Shown in pieces: positions 13,938-27,100 of a stretch of 64,000 bases of DNA. Each line of letters begins with the position of its first letter. Positions within the stretch are counted from its first letter, which is position 1. Below the pieces are notes generated by a model, which saw only the letters and a list, made by a program, of their open reading frames with translations, was not told the DNA's origin and searched no databases. The stretch covers positions 248,001 through 312,000 of the forward strand of contig NGBS01001161.1 of NCBI GenBank assembly GCA_002245135.1. The letters are read 5' to 3'. The position numbers and the translations under genes were made by a program. This stretch comes from Proteromonas lacertae. Lineage: Eukaryota.

Positions 13938-14617
13938 TTAATTAGAGAATATGTTCTTTTTGTCTTTTTCATATGCTTTTGGATCAGCTTTTCCAAATGG
14001 ATGTTCTTTAGCAAATTTTTGTATTCTACGAAGAATAGGTGAGTCTACAGATTTTGGTGGTGTTAATCTACCAGATACCCATCCTAATATATCTTGTGTT
14101 TCTGCATTCAATATTGTCTCATATTGCTTTAGTTCTTCTCCATTAAGTTTATCAAGTTATACTGATTAAGTCATCATTGCATTTATTTTAATCAAAAATG
14201 ATATATTTTCATATGTCCATTTTCCAAGTAATAAATCAACTTCTAACATACCTCTCTGTTTACTTCTATACAACAAACGCTTTCTTAATACTTCATTCTA
14301 TTAATTACACTAATTTCATTTAATAATACCCTATCTACTTTACCATTTGGTGGAAGACTTTCTTTGGGAAATTCTTTGGGTAAATCATAATACTTTTCTC
14401 TTAACTTTTGATCTTCTGAGTGTATTTTATCAGAAAACTTCTTCATTGCATCTTCGTATGGTAAGTTATCATATGTTGGACGGCCTTCTTCAAATAAAGC
14501 AATACTTGGGTAAAAAGAACGACTAATCTATAAATACACTAAAATTATCACCTATACTAATTTTGTTGATGACTTAGATAAAAATCTAATTGAATTAATG
14601 CAAGTTCTACCAATCAT
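13938..14617 (-). CDS. SDHAF2: Succinate dehydrogenase assembly factor 2 (Sdh5)
   Basis: RKRLLYRSKQRGMLEVDLLLGKW...ELKQYETILN...DILGWVSG; presequence-like N-terminus. Not in the ORF track. Confidence 0.9.
14157..14204 (-). other. Candidate U12-like intron (AT-AA 48 nt; AT-AC 51 nt alternative at 14156-14206)
   Basis: ATATCATTTTT...TGACTTAAT-CAGTATAA. Contains two in-frame stops inside conserved SDHAF2; no GT-AG solution keeps the RGMLE motif. Confidence 0.75.
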
Positions 14618-14752
14618 TCTATAGAAAAAAGAAGAAGAAAGAATTTTTAAATGTGTGGTTATTTTTGGAATGATTTTTCAGAACCCTAAAAAGTAAATAT
14701 AGTATTATTTCATTGTATATAAACTAATATATGATAAATTTATAATATATAA

Positions 14753-16018
14753 TCAAGATCGAAGAGATTGATTTAAATCATCTATTTTGTTTTGCAGTTC
14801 AAATATAGTTTTTGAATCTTTTGGCATTGATCCGATTTAATTTACTAGCTATTGCTCTCAAAGAGTTGATCATTGTTTGTACAGATTCATTTGTCTTTTT
14901 ACTCCTTCTCGGTGGATTTATTGTTGTTGGTATTGGAGATTCTTCTTCTTCTTCCCTTGTGTTAATGAGGATTGTTGGAATGGATTTATTAGATCTTAAT
15001 TGATCAATCTTGTCTAATCTACTCATTATACTGTTGATGTTGGTGTTACAATATAGAATGTATTGGTTTAATTTCTCGTATATATGATTGCAGTATGTTT
15101 CATAATCATTCAATATCTATTTATATTAAAGAATTGTGATACATTTGTTGTATTGACACTGATCATCTTTTCTAGTTGTTTAATGACTTCATTTTCTTCT
15201 GGATTCTCAAACTTTTGTTTCATATTGTCGATTTCTTGTTTAAATATTATTAAATCATCTTTATATTGTTTCTTTATAAACGGAAAATTTGTTATATCCT
15301 CTTTCACTTCTTCTATTGTATTTGCTAGTTTTTTAATATCATTTTTTATATTCTCAATCTCTGTTTTATCTGCAAAACAATTATTATTATTTTGTCTGTT
15401 TTGATTATTTTCATCTTCATAATTATATTTCTTAATATTCTACAACAATAATGATTTTATTCATATAATTATACTTTTATTAGTATTTCATTTGTTTTTA
15501 AATTATCTATACTCATCTTTAAAGATACTATTCTATTTTTTTCATAATAAATAATAGTTTATATACTCTTTTTCAATTTTTGTAATTTGAGTAACATTTG
15601 TTTCAACAATTACAAATCTCTTCTTTATATCATCAACTTTATTCTTCAAATTTTGGTATTTCTGACTTTCTTTAATAAAATTATCGTTTATTTGTAATGT
15701 GAACTGTTGAATATATTTTTTAATTTCACTGAACTGTGTTGTTGTAGATAATGTTAATTGGTTGATTGAAGCTGAGATGTTTTTTTCATTATTTTCTTTA
15801 TATTTGCTTATAGATTTATCAACATAACAGTAAATGTCCTTTTTAACTATTTTTGTCATATTTTTGTTATTTTCTTCACATTTATTCATTATTAAGTCAA
15901 TTTGTTCTTTGATTGATGAAATATCATTCAATATTGGATCAATTTCGTTATTTATTTTGTTGTTTATATTATTAATATCTACATATATTTGTTCATTTTG
16001 TTTTGTTATTGATGAATG

Positions 16019-16054
<36 letters not shown>

Positions 16055-16569
16055 ACTGTTTCTAATTCTTCAATTAGTGATTGCATTTTAGATGATGATT
16101 CTAGATTTCTGTCATCATAATGACTATTAACTATATATTCAATAATATAATACGAATATATGCTTTTCATATTTTTGTCTACTGTTTTGTTTATTTCTTC
16201 ACTGTATGATCTAATACACATGAGAAAATGGACGTATATTTAAATACTTAAATTTCTGTTGAATATCATCATTTAAAGATGTTATTTTTGTATTTATTGT
16301 TTTTGTTGTATTATTCAATTTCTTATCCAAGGAATTGAAATGACTACATATCTTTGATATTAGAGCATCTTTTTCTGCATTTGATTCTTCTAATTTAGAT
16401 ATTCTATTTTCAAAATCTTCCTTTTGTGCTTTATTAGATAAGACAAGAGATTTTATTGCTTTTCGAAGAACGACCTATATTTTATTATACTTAGTCGTAC
16501 TTGAATGTTCTGCCAATCGTTTCTACAATGATCTAAATCATACAGATCGATAGTATCGATGTAATTCAT
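14753..16569 (-). CDS. Coiled-coil hypothetical protein
   Basis: Exon chain starting MNYIDTIDL...DWQNIQVVLRKAIKSL, heptad-rich. Probable +1 error near 14832 (otherwise ends at 14799). Confidence 0.55.
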
Positions 16570-16645
16570 TTTGAAATTTAAAAATAAAAACCACTATATT
16601 TTCATAATAGATTTGAATTTTATTCATTACTAACTCACAATAGTG

Positions 16646-19317
16646 ATGGAATCTGATATGAATTACTCAAAGAGGAAGAGAGCTACATCATTTATCGCAT
16701 CAGATATTATAGAATTCTCATTTATTTGGATTTTATATTTTGGATACTACAGCAAGTTGGTGTATAGAACTGTGAATGGAAATAGTTCGTATTACATTTT
16801 ATATATCGATAGAACAAAATACATCATTGAAGCTTTAGATGTTGAGAATTCAACAAAATCATCATATTCTCTGATTGTTTCACTACTTATTAAATTTATT
16901 GGATTAATTGACATTACATATTATGTAAATCTGTTGTGCTCGTGTATATATTCAATCTAGTATAATGTTTTAGTTTTTCTCTCCATGAGCATTTCTTATT
17001 TATATTTAATTATATGTAATATCTTAAACATATCAAAAAATATACATAAATGTCTAATATTTCTTATTTCTACATTGTATATTGTAAATTGTATTGTTTG
17101 AAAAATAGTTATGCTTTATCTTCATTTTGCACAGAAATTGCTGTCACTGGAAGTTTAAAATCATTAAATATGCTCTATCTTAGTATGATAATATATTTTG
17201 CCATAAAATTCAATCAAAGAAGTACAATTTCATACTTTGTGTTATTAAACATTTTAATGGATTTGTCATTTACCACATCAGTATATATATATATTAATGG
17301 TATATTGTTGATAGTATTCATTATTACCTCTCATAATATTCATATTCATATGGCTGATTATTGAAGTAGTATTTATAAAGAGAAATATGAAATATGTAAT
17401 AATTACACTTATCTTTATTATGATATGTATATATATTTCAATAATTTATTATTTTAAATAGGTGTAATGATGAATTATTCTTTGGTAAAGAGAGATATAA
17501 ACGCATATCTAAAGTATATAACTCCTACTTATCAAAGTGTTTATAACTATTATTATTCTAATGGAAAAAGTATATATTATTATTATCACTTTTCTACTTT
17601 ATAGATTATGTTGATTTACTGTATATGTTTTTGAGTGATCTTCATACAAATCAGACATGCAAAATGGGTTTATTCTTGTTAGGGTATATATCCAATTTAA
17701 AATACAAATATACAAAAATAGAATTGGATTAATTGTCAATCTATTTCATTGGTTGTTTATGGAAAAGAATTTTTCATGTTTATACTATTTCATATTCTGT
17801 GGTTATATATCGTATTGAATAATTATATTTAATGTGAATAGATTGTTTCTATACCATAACAGAACCACATTTTATCTTAATCAATCTTCTGTAGATTTAC
17901 AACAAACAATTATTAATGAATGGTGTTCAATTAATTTCATCACTTTTATGTATATTGGAATTGGCTTTGTATGGATTGTTACTTATATTTCTGATCAATT
18001 ACAGATTCATTTAATGCTTCTAATGATTAGTGGTGGATTCTTTTTGATTAGAAATCAATTTAAGAAATCAATAAAATACAACAGAAGTGAAACAAATTTC
18101 ACAAGTAGTTATGGAAAAGCTGTTTTATCTTTTCTTCCAAACAACAAATCTGTATTGATAATAATGAAATCTGAGTATCAACAGAATATATTGAAGTATC
18201 TTCAATTAAGTGATAATTTCCAGTATATTTTTTTTATATCTTGATCATTGTTTAGATCTAACATTATTGTCACATCTGAATCATCGCTTATATCTCCTTA
18301 TTATCAAAACAAATTAATAATAAAACCAAAAAATAAAACATCATTATTACCTCTTCATTTACAGGTATTATAAAAACATCATTCTATTAAATAGTATTCA
18401 ACAAGATTGCATTATTTCACTTATACTGAGTTTATAAATGAAAATTATGATAGATTTTCAGATGGAATATTATTATCTAATTCAGTATAACACTTTTTAT
18501 TTTTCTAATCTTGAAACAGGAAAATATTGCATATCTAGATTATAGTTTTAATAAAACGTATGATTTAATTCCATTTGGATTTCTACAACGAGTGTATAGA
18601 AAAGGAACATATAATGAATCTATGTATGATTATTATCACAATAACATGGACAGATTTCACATAATTAATCAAGTATGATTATTTATTTGAAATATTTGTT
18701 CATAGACAAATATAGATTTGTTTGATACATTACCAATAGCAAAGAATTACAAAGAAAATACAATAGAAGAAGAAATCATAAATGATTATTGGAATGCTGT
18801 ATTAATTATATATATACTATGTATAGGTTGGTAATTTTGGTTGTGTATTAATAAGAATAGCAAATTTACATATGAATTACCTATATTTAACTCAAGGTAC
18901 AAGAATAATGGATGAATGGTATGATAATACTTTAACTCCATTATTTCAATATCATTTTTTGAAATGTATTGGACATGGACATTATACACATGTTGGACCT
19001 GGAATATATCCTACACCAGCTAGAAGAGATGATACTGGATATAAACCTGAAGGTTATATTCTTACAAAGAATTCAATTAACACACATTCTATATATTTAG
19101 ATCATCGTAATAATGAGTATATTATTATTATTATTATTGAATATATAATAGATGGAGGGATAAAAGCTTAGAGAGATTATGTGAAGCATTTACTAGATCT
19201 TTGTTATGCACAACATTTACAGAGAAAGACCCAGATGTTACAGGAATAGAAGAGATTTTAGCAACATGGTGTCCCTCTCCAGAGCCTTCTACAAAATATG
19301 TCTATCAATTCACATAA
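16646..19317 (+). CDS. Multi-pass membrane protein, weakly TMEM260/DUF2723 (GT-C glycosyltransferase)-like
   Basis: Many hydrophobic exons followed by a soluble C-terminal part (YDLIPFGFLQRV). The family call rests on weak resemblance only. Confidence 0.4.
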
Positions 19318-19387
19318 TATATATTTATAATAATTAAAAAAAAACATTTCAAATAATAATAATAAGTGTTTCTTCTTAAAAATATTA

Positions 19388-20800
19388 TTAAGCAAACAAT
19401 GTTTTTGCTTGATTTTCAATATCAATGTATAATTCATGAACATTTTGCATCCACATACTAATTCCTGTCGCTAATGATTTAATTTCATCTAAATTCAACA
19501 CTTTGGGTTTTAAATTGGTAATATTGATAGTCTGATTAACTTCATCAATTTCACCAGTGATTAATCCATCACTCATTGCTCTCATTACAATGTATTCAAC
19601 TTGATCTAATGGCATTTTAGTAGCTACACACACTTCTTCGAATGTAATTATTCTATTCTTTGATGGTTTATTAAACACTAACTGTAATAAAGCCATAATT
19701 ACTGCTTTTTGCTTAATAACATCTAATTTATTACACAATGCAGGTTGTTTTTGTATTTCAGTCATATGATTACCAATTAAAGTGTTGAAGTGATCAATAT
19801 TCCCTTCGTTGATGACCTTTATTAAATCATATAACCATCCATATTGAGTATTGATTAAATACTGAAATACAGGTGTTTGAAGTATTTCACCGTAATTATA
19901 AATATCTTTGCCAATTAAAGAAGCAATACTTATATTCATAGATATATTTATTCTATCTTCTGGAGGTATATCATCTACTGGAGTATAAGATATATAGGAT
20001 AGCGTATGAGAGAAATATAACTCTGGTGGTCCAATTGCTAAATAATATTGACTACATACACCTATTTCAATATATATTTAATGTATAAATACGATGATAG
20101 CATGAATATATATAAGGCTCACTACAAGACACCCGATTAAAGTAATCACTACATTTATCTAAGTATTCTTTAGCTTTAATTTGATCATTAAGCAACATGT
20201 ATAATGAACATATTTCTGATAATACGACTATGTAATATTCATACCCAATTCTTCTGATTTTTTGCTCAGACTCTTTGTATAATCTTACTTCCTCTGGTTC
20301 TTTATATTCTTCATCTTCTTCATTCTTTTTGTCTTGTTCTTCAGTCCATCCGTTTGGTTTTTCTACATTTCCTCCCACAATTCTATGAAGAAAGTTAATA
20401 GCAGCATAAATATCTATATATTACTCCTAAAATCAATATTTCATACTTTCAGGTGACTTTTCAGCTTCGTAGTATTGTTTTGAGATAATAACTAAAATTC
20501 TGGTGAAAGCGAGAGTATTTAATTGATCTTGAAAAAAATTAATAAAATTTTCATAGAGCTATGATCGATAAAAACAACTAAATAATACACGAACTAAATT
20601 ATCACCTTTAGAGTTCTTTGGATTGCTTAGAAAATTCATCAATTCAATAGTTAATTCATGCCATAATCTATGAACACTCAAATGCATTTAGAATACCTTC
20701 TGTCGTATAAATCAAAGAATGAAGCATAGGTTTGTGCATTTTCACCATCATTTGCAGCAGCGGCTTTAAGAAAGTCTTGAATTCTTTGCCTTAATGACAT
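19388..20800 (-). CDS. PSMD13: 26S proteasome lid subunit Rpn9
   Basis: LWHELT, IYNYGEILQTP, PCI domain VEYIVMRAMSDGLITGEIDEV. Confidence 0.92.
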
Positions 20801-21141
20801 TTTGAGATAATGAAAGTAAGAAGAAAAAAATGCAAACTTGAATAGAAAAGCAAGTTTTTTTAAGCCTCAATTAAACATTCTCAATTTTATGAATTGGTGT
20901 TATTAATATTGACTTATTTATGTTTATTGAAGATACTTGAGCTAGTTATAAGTAGTTCTATTGACTGGATAGAAAAATATATGAACAATTTGAAGCATTC
21001 AATATTTAAATAAATATATATCATTTCTACTTTTTATCTTCTTTTCAAATAATTATTTTCCATTTAAAACACATAGAATTATTCATTTCATTTTAAAATA
21101 GCAAACCATCTCAAGTTTTTTTATTCGTTACACAGTTAAAA

Positions 21142-24100
21142 ATGGTTTTTAAGATTATATTTATATTGTTATCAATATATTTTGATGTTGTAGCAGCTGA
21201 TACAGAGTCATTAGTTATTGGATATTTGCATCGAGGACCTACAGATACTTTCTATAAAGAATTTTTTGAGAAACTAATAGAAGATAATAAAAACGATATA
21301 TCTCCCAGCACTATTACTTATAAAGAGTTTCCTGTGGCTAATGATTTAAGTGATTTAGATGCAAAGCTCCAAGAAATAAAAGAAACCGAAAACCTATTAC
21401 ATGTATTTACTGATGATACAATATATGGCAAAACTGATGAATTGAGTAATTACCCATGTTATTTTTGGATGGCATATCCACTTGCTCAGGAGAAATGTTC
21501 CAAGAATGTAATATATTACAGTTCATTTGTTCCTATGATGATTTCATGTATTTATATTATATTTATAATATAATAGTTGGTCAAGCATTTGTAAAAAGAT
21601 TCCAAGATCCTAGAATCAATGTATATATCGTTGAAGATGATAAGAATAATGTTAAGAACAATAATGTATATGATATGATGAGTGGTAATATCAGACATTA
21701 TGGATTTAACTCTGTATTTGATATTTTACCTGAGAATTTTGATGCAAATATAACATCAATCTTATCAAAGAATGAAAAATCAATATTCTTGTGGGTAAAT
21801 AGAAATAAAGATAAAATAAAGAAGTTTTATGGTGATGCTAGTTTTGATTCAACTAAACATATTGTATATTCATTCATTCACTTTGAAATTAAATCAATAA
21901 CATCTCCTGGAATAAATACATTAAAAAATCTAAAAGAATCAACTCAAATGTTTACTGTTTATATCAGGAATGCTACAATGTTTGAAGCTAACATTACAGC
22001 ATTAGATTCAACAAGACAGTTTACATATACAGATATTATGTTTTACAATATGTTTAAACTTTTATTAAAAGGTTTTAAAGGTCATGACAATTTTGCTCCA
22101 CTTGCATTAAGTTATGAAATATACTATAAACATTATTATGATTTAGAATCAGGTGCTGTTTATCCATTACCTCATAATTTCATATCAACTTCATATTATC
22201 ATGTATCATTTAAAGATAAAGGTGATAATGATAATGATGATTTAGATGTAATACATGAATATTTACCAAATGTTTATTTTGACCCAAAAGAACAAATGGG
22301 TAATGTTCCTTTACAGCATTGTAGTTGGCAAGCAAATCCGTTTACTGGTAACGTCAGCATTAGTCCTGTTGTTGTTTTGTTCTTAAATCCAAATAGTGGT
22401 GAGGCAAGTCGTAACAGTGTATTGTCTATACTTTATTTATTATATTGTTAATAGCAATCATTAAGTGATTTAGAGACAGCAGTTGTTGATCATATTAATA
22501 GACAAGGAGGAGTACTTGGCACTTATATTCGTGGGTATGTTATTAATACAAATATACCTTGGGAAGTTTTGAAGATAAAAGTATAAATAGTTTATATTTT
22601 TTAAATAATTATAGCTAATTGGATTTTATAATAGATATAAAGTTCCAATAATGTTTCAATCGTCAGTAGGAGAAACAGCATCTAAGATACATGACTGTAT
22701 GAATAATAATTCTATTATTTCATTATAGTATCAATTGAGCTAAAATGGGAAAATATTTTTTTATATTTGAACAATATACCTCGTGCTCAGTGTAATAATT
22801 ATGGAACATTCTATATTGGAATGTCTGCTTCAGTTGTATCGAAAGCATTAGTTAGTCATTATTTAGAGGAAAATATTAATTCAGTTTTTATAGTTGGAAC
22901 TACAGAAGAGTATCATTTATTAATTGTATTTATATCATTGTTTAGATTTTCAGTAGCTTTATTAGATCTATTAAAAATAAGATTGACAGAATATGAAATA
23001 TTTATCGAATCACAAGCAATAATGGCTGCTACTGATCTGGATAATGGTATTGTAATAGCTAAAGCAATCAAGAAGTCTTATCCAGATGGTGGTTATGTTA
23101 TTAATGCTGCATCAAGTTCATATAATCAATATTTATTTGAAGCATTGAATATTGAAGGTGTAAATGAGACAAATGGTTATTACATTTATAATGTATTTTT
23201 ATCTGAACAAGATGTTACTTATTTTAGTAATTCAAATGTATAATGATGTAGTTATTAATATTAAATAGTTGACTGGATTTTATTCTCTTGGATATTATTT
23301 TGATTCAGAAAAAATACCATCAATGGAAGCAATAAAGAGTAGTTTATATGATAAAGACTATAGATTAACATCAGATTTAGTTATTGCAAGAAATGCAATT
23401 GAAATGGTAAAACAGATAATTGTTAATTCTGGAATATATAATAAAGCAACACTTCAACAGTATATATATTTTATTAATCTTATCATATTCTGTTTATAGA
23501 TTTATGTTTTCTCAAACAATAACCGATCCAAGTATTTACAGCATTGAATTTTCTGGTTTTGCCAGAATGAAAATAAAAATATATAAAGTGAATTATTTAA
23601 ATGAATTTGAAGATGTTTATACACCAAAGTTTACATTTTATTCAGATTATGCTTACCCATCAAGTTATGTTTGTTCTTGGAAAACTAGTATACAATTATA
23701 TTAATTTAATATTATTTATAGCTGAAAGTAATGGACTTAGTAAATATAATTTAATGGTTTTTGGTAGTATTTATGATAGAACAAATCCAGATCATATTCC
23801 ATACATAACACAATTAACTAATATTGTAGAAGCAGTTAATTCACTTGAAGTATGTCCTGATACAGTTTTCCATATTTATCAATTCAAACATTTAGATGAT
23901 GATCCATATAAGAACTATGAACTAAACATTTTTGAAATGGTTCATAATACTTATAATAATTCTGATCCAATCTTTCTTGGTATCTTTGGAGGATATGATG
24001 GAGAAGAAATTGAAAGAATTGAACCATTATTAAAGAAATTTAATTTGTTATTCTTTGATTTACATCCTCATTATGGTGAAACATGTAATTCTCAAGTTGT

Positions 24101-27100
24101 TCATGTTGGAGGTACTTTTAATCAGTTTGGAGAATCCCCTTTAGTATTTGCTCTTCAAGATACAGAATTAGTTGCTATTTTTACTGATAATTTAGAAAAT
24201 AACATACAAATATCAAATACAGCTGTGAATATGTTAAATCAGTTTACTACTACAGATTATTTTAATGAAACAATTTTAGATTCAACTAATTGTAGTATTT
24301 ACAATTCTGTTATTGATGAATTTGATGGGAAAACTGCAAGTATATTTATATATATGAATCAAGAAAATGCAGAGAATATTATATTGAATTGTTATTCATA
24401 CAATCCCAATATTGATGTATATGTGTTTGACATATGGGATCAAACTGTTCATAAGAATCCAGACAAATGGAATGGAGTTTATATTATGTCTACTTATCTT
24501 ACATCACTTAATAATACAGAGAATCGACAATACTTTATATTATTATCGAGTAAGATAGGTAATCCGCATGATTTTATAACTCCATTTGTAGTAAATGTTT
24601 ATGATTCATTGTTGTTTTTTAGAAAAAGTGGAGATTTGGTAAGATCGCTAATTGAGAAAAACCAATACTTGAATATATTATATAATACAGAAATGTCATC
24701 AATTTATGGACCAACATCATTAGGTAATAACAATTATTTGGACAGACCGATATATATAACGCAGATTGTGAATTGTACAAACTGTGAATATGGTTTTTAT
24801 CATGATACTATTTATATTAGTTCAACATCACTCAAAGCAAAACCTTATGCAACATATGTATATATTTTTGTTATTTATATCTAAATATAGAATAATGATA
24901 ATAAATATTATGAATGTAATTTTGTTGATAAAAATGTCCAAGAGAAAAAAGATATAGACACTTTCAATACTGCATTTTTGATTGATAAAAATAGAAGATT
25001 AGAATCTTTTGGAATATATGGATTGTTACTAACTATGATTCAAGAAACTAATACTGATGGAGGAGTAAGAGGCAAACAGATTTCACTTATTGCTAAATCA
25101 TGTCCAGTTGCTGATGCTTCTGATTTATTTCTAAAACTTCAGTCAGAAAATGTAAGATATGTATTTAGTATTTGCTCTCAAGAATCATTTGAAATTATGA
25201 GAGAACCCATTAGTTTATTAGATATTATATTCTTTCAAGCTGGTAGAAATTATGGAAAGGAATGTGCATATAATGTTATAATGCTTGGCACAGCTGGTTA
25301 TCAAGAAATTACACCATCAATTGTGTATTTAATCAAGGAATATAGGATGATAAATGTTATTTTTATATTCAAAACTGATAAATATAGAGCTTCAAGAATA
25401 AGTCTCATTAAATCAATATCACCTCTTACTACATTTTCTAATCCAGTTTTTATTGAAATTTCACCTGACAATACAACCGATGAAAGAAATGATATTCTAA
25501 GAGATGCTGTTAATTCATTACAACAGTATCCAAATAAATGCTTAACTATTATGTTAGTAGATCAAGATGATTTAGAACAGTATTCTGAGTATTATTACAA
25601 ATTATTTGGAGGAAAACCAGAAACATTGAAAACTGCATTACAAACATTTCCCGTAGTAGTAATGACTGATTTAAGTGGTATTTTGAATAATCCACAATAT
25701 TTAGAAGGATATAGGATTATATCTTCATTTGCTGCTACTACTAAAACAGAGTTTATTGGTGATTTTATTGATACAGTTGGATCTCATGTAGATAAATTCA
25801 TTATTCCATACAGTATCGTTCAGGTGTACGATGCATTTATGTTATTGACTTATGCAATACAAAAAATAGAACAAACTACTGAAGACATTGAAAAGATTAT
25901 TGACCAAATAAAAGAATATGTGCTAACTGGTGTAACTGGATATTCATATATTGATGATAATAACCATCTACTACAGCAGATACTGTTTAGTACAATTAAA
26001 GATGGTATTGTTGATGATCCAATACAAATATCTGAAGTATATCCATCTCATCCTTTTTACACTGATTATGACTATGAAAGAGAGCTGAGATGTGTAGGAT
26101 CGAAAATTATTGAAATTCCTTCTATTGTAATTGCAGTGTTTGTGTCTATAACCGAAAGTGAGATTGAGAAAAACTTGCAAATGATAGAAGCAGCAATGAC
26201 ACAGTTTGAAACTACAAGTTTAGATTTATATGGATATAATCAAGTAATATTGTTGTGCGATATTAAAGGATATTTGGAAGTAATGGGAAATTACTGTTTT
26301 CAATTTGCAATGAAGAAGAATGCAGTTGCTATTGTAGGAACAACATCGTATTTATAGTATGTATTTATATATCGAATAGATCTGAGCAACTTGAATTCTT
26401 TGCACCTCTATGTGATGAATATGATATACTCTATTTTGTTCCTTTTTTAACAGAAGGTAAACAGTGTTATAAGAATACTATATTTTTAACTCCTCCAATA
26501 TCTGCATATGTATATTTATATGTAATTATTGTTATATAGAATACTCTCTTTTCTATAATAACTAAATCATTTGATATGGATACAGTAATGGTAGTGAGTA
26601 ATTCACAAAATACAAAAGAAATAGCAAAATATATAGAAGTTGAGTTAGCTTATCGTGGTTTAATTATTTTAAAAGTTTATACAATTCCATACATAAATGT
26701 AGATTTAGATCCAATAGCAGATACAATTAAGAATGATTTACCAAATGGAGGATTTGTCATTAATCTATTGGAAAATGGTCCTGCACTTGAGTTCATAAAA
26801 GTTATGTATAAAAAAAAACTTTATTACCCTGACTATAAGATAATGTCATTCTTTGTAGATATTGATTCGATAAGTAATGAAGAATATGGAGAAGTAATGG
26901 TGAATCAATATTTTTGGAATAGTTATAATCCATTTACAATTGAACCACTTTCATCTTATACATTATGGTATGAAAAAATATTTTCATTCAGAGACTACTA
27001 TTCATCAATGGCAACTGCATCTTATACTTCACTATCTATAATAGTATTAGGATTAGTTAATGTAGATGAAATTACGCCCGAAAATATAAGAGTTTTATTT

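Noticed and set aside
18949..18961. Additional ATATCATTTTT match
   Set aside because: Lies in an open coding frame (QYHFLK) with no stop and no branch-like motif. Similar partial matches near 1010, 4785 and 40815 are also coding.
22910..22945. GTATCATTT-starting intron in the receptor as a GT-AG minor intron
   Set aside because: Normal length, and no branch-like YTAAT 8-9 nt from the acceptor.
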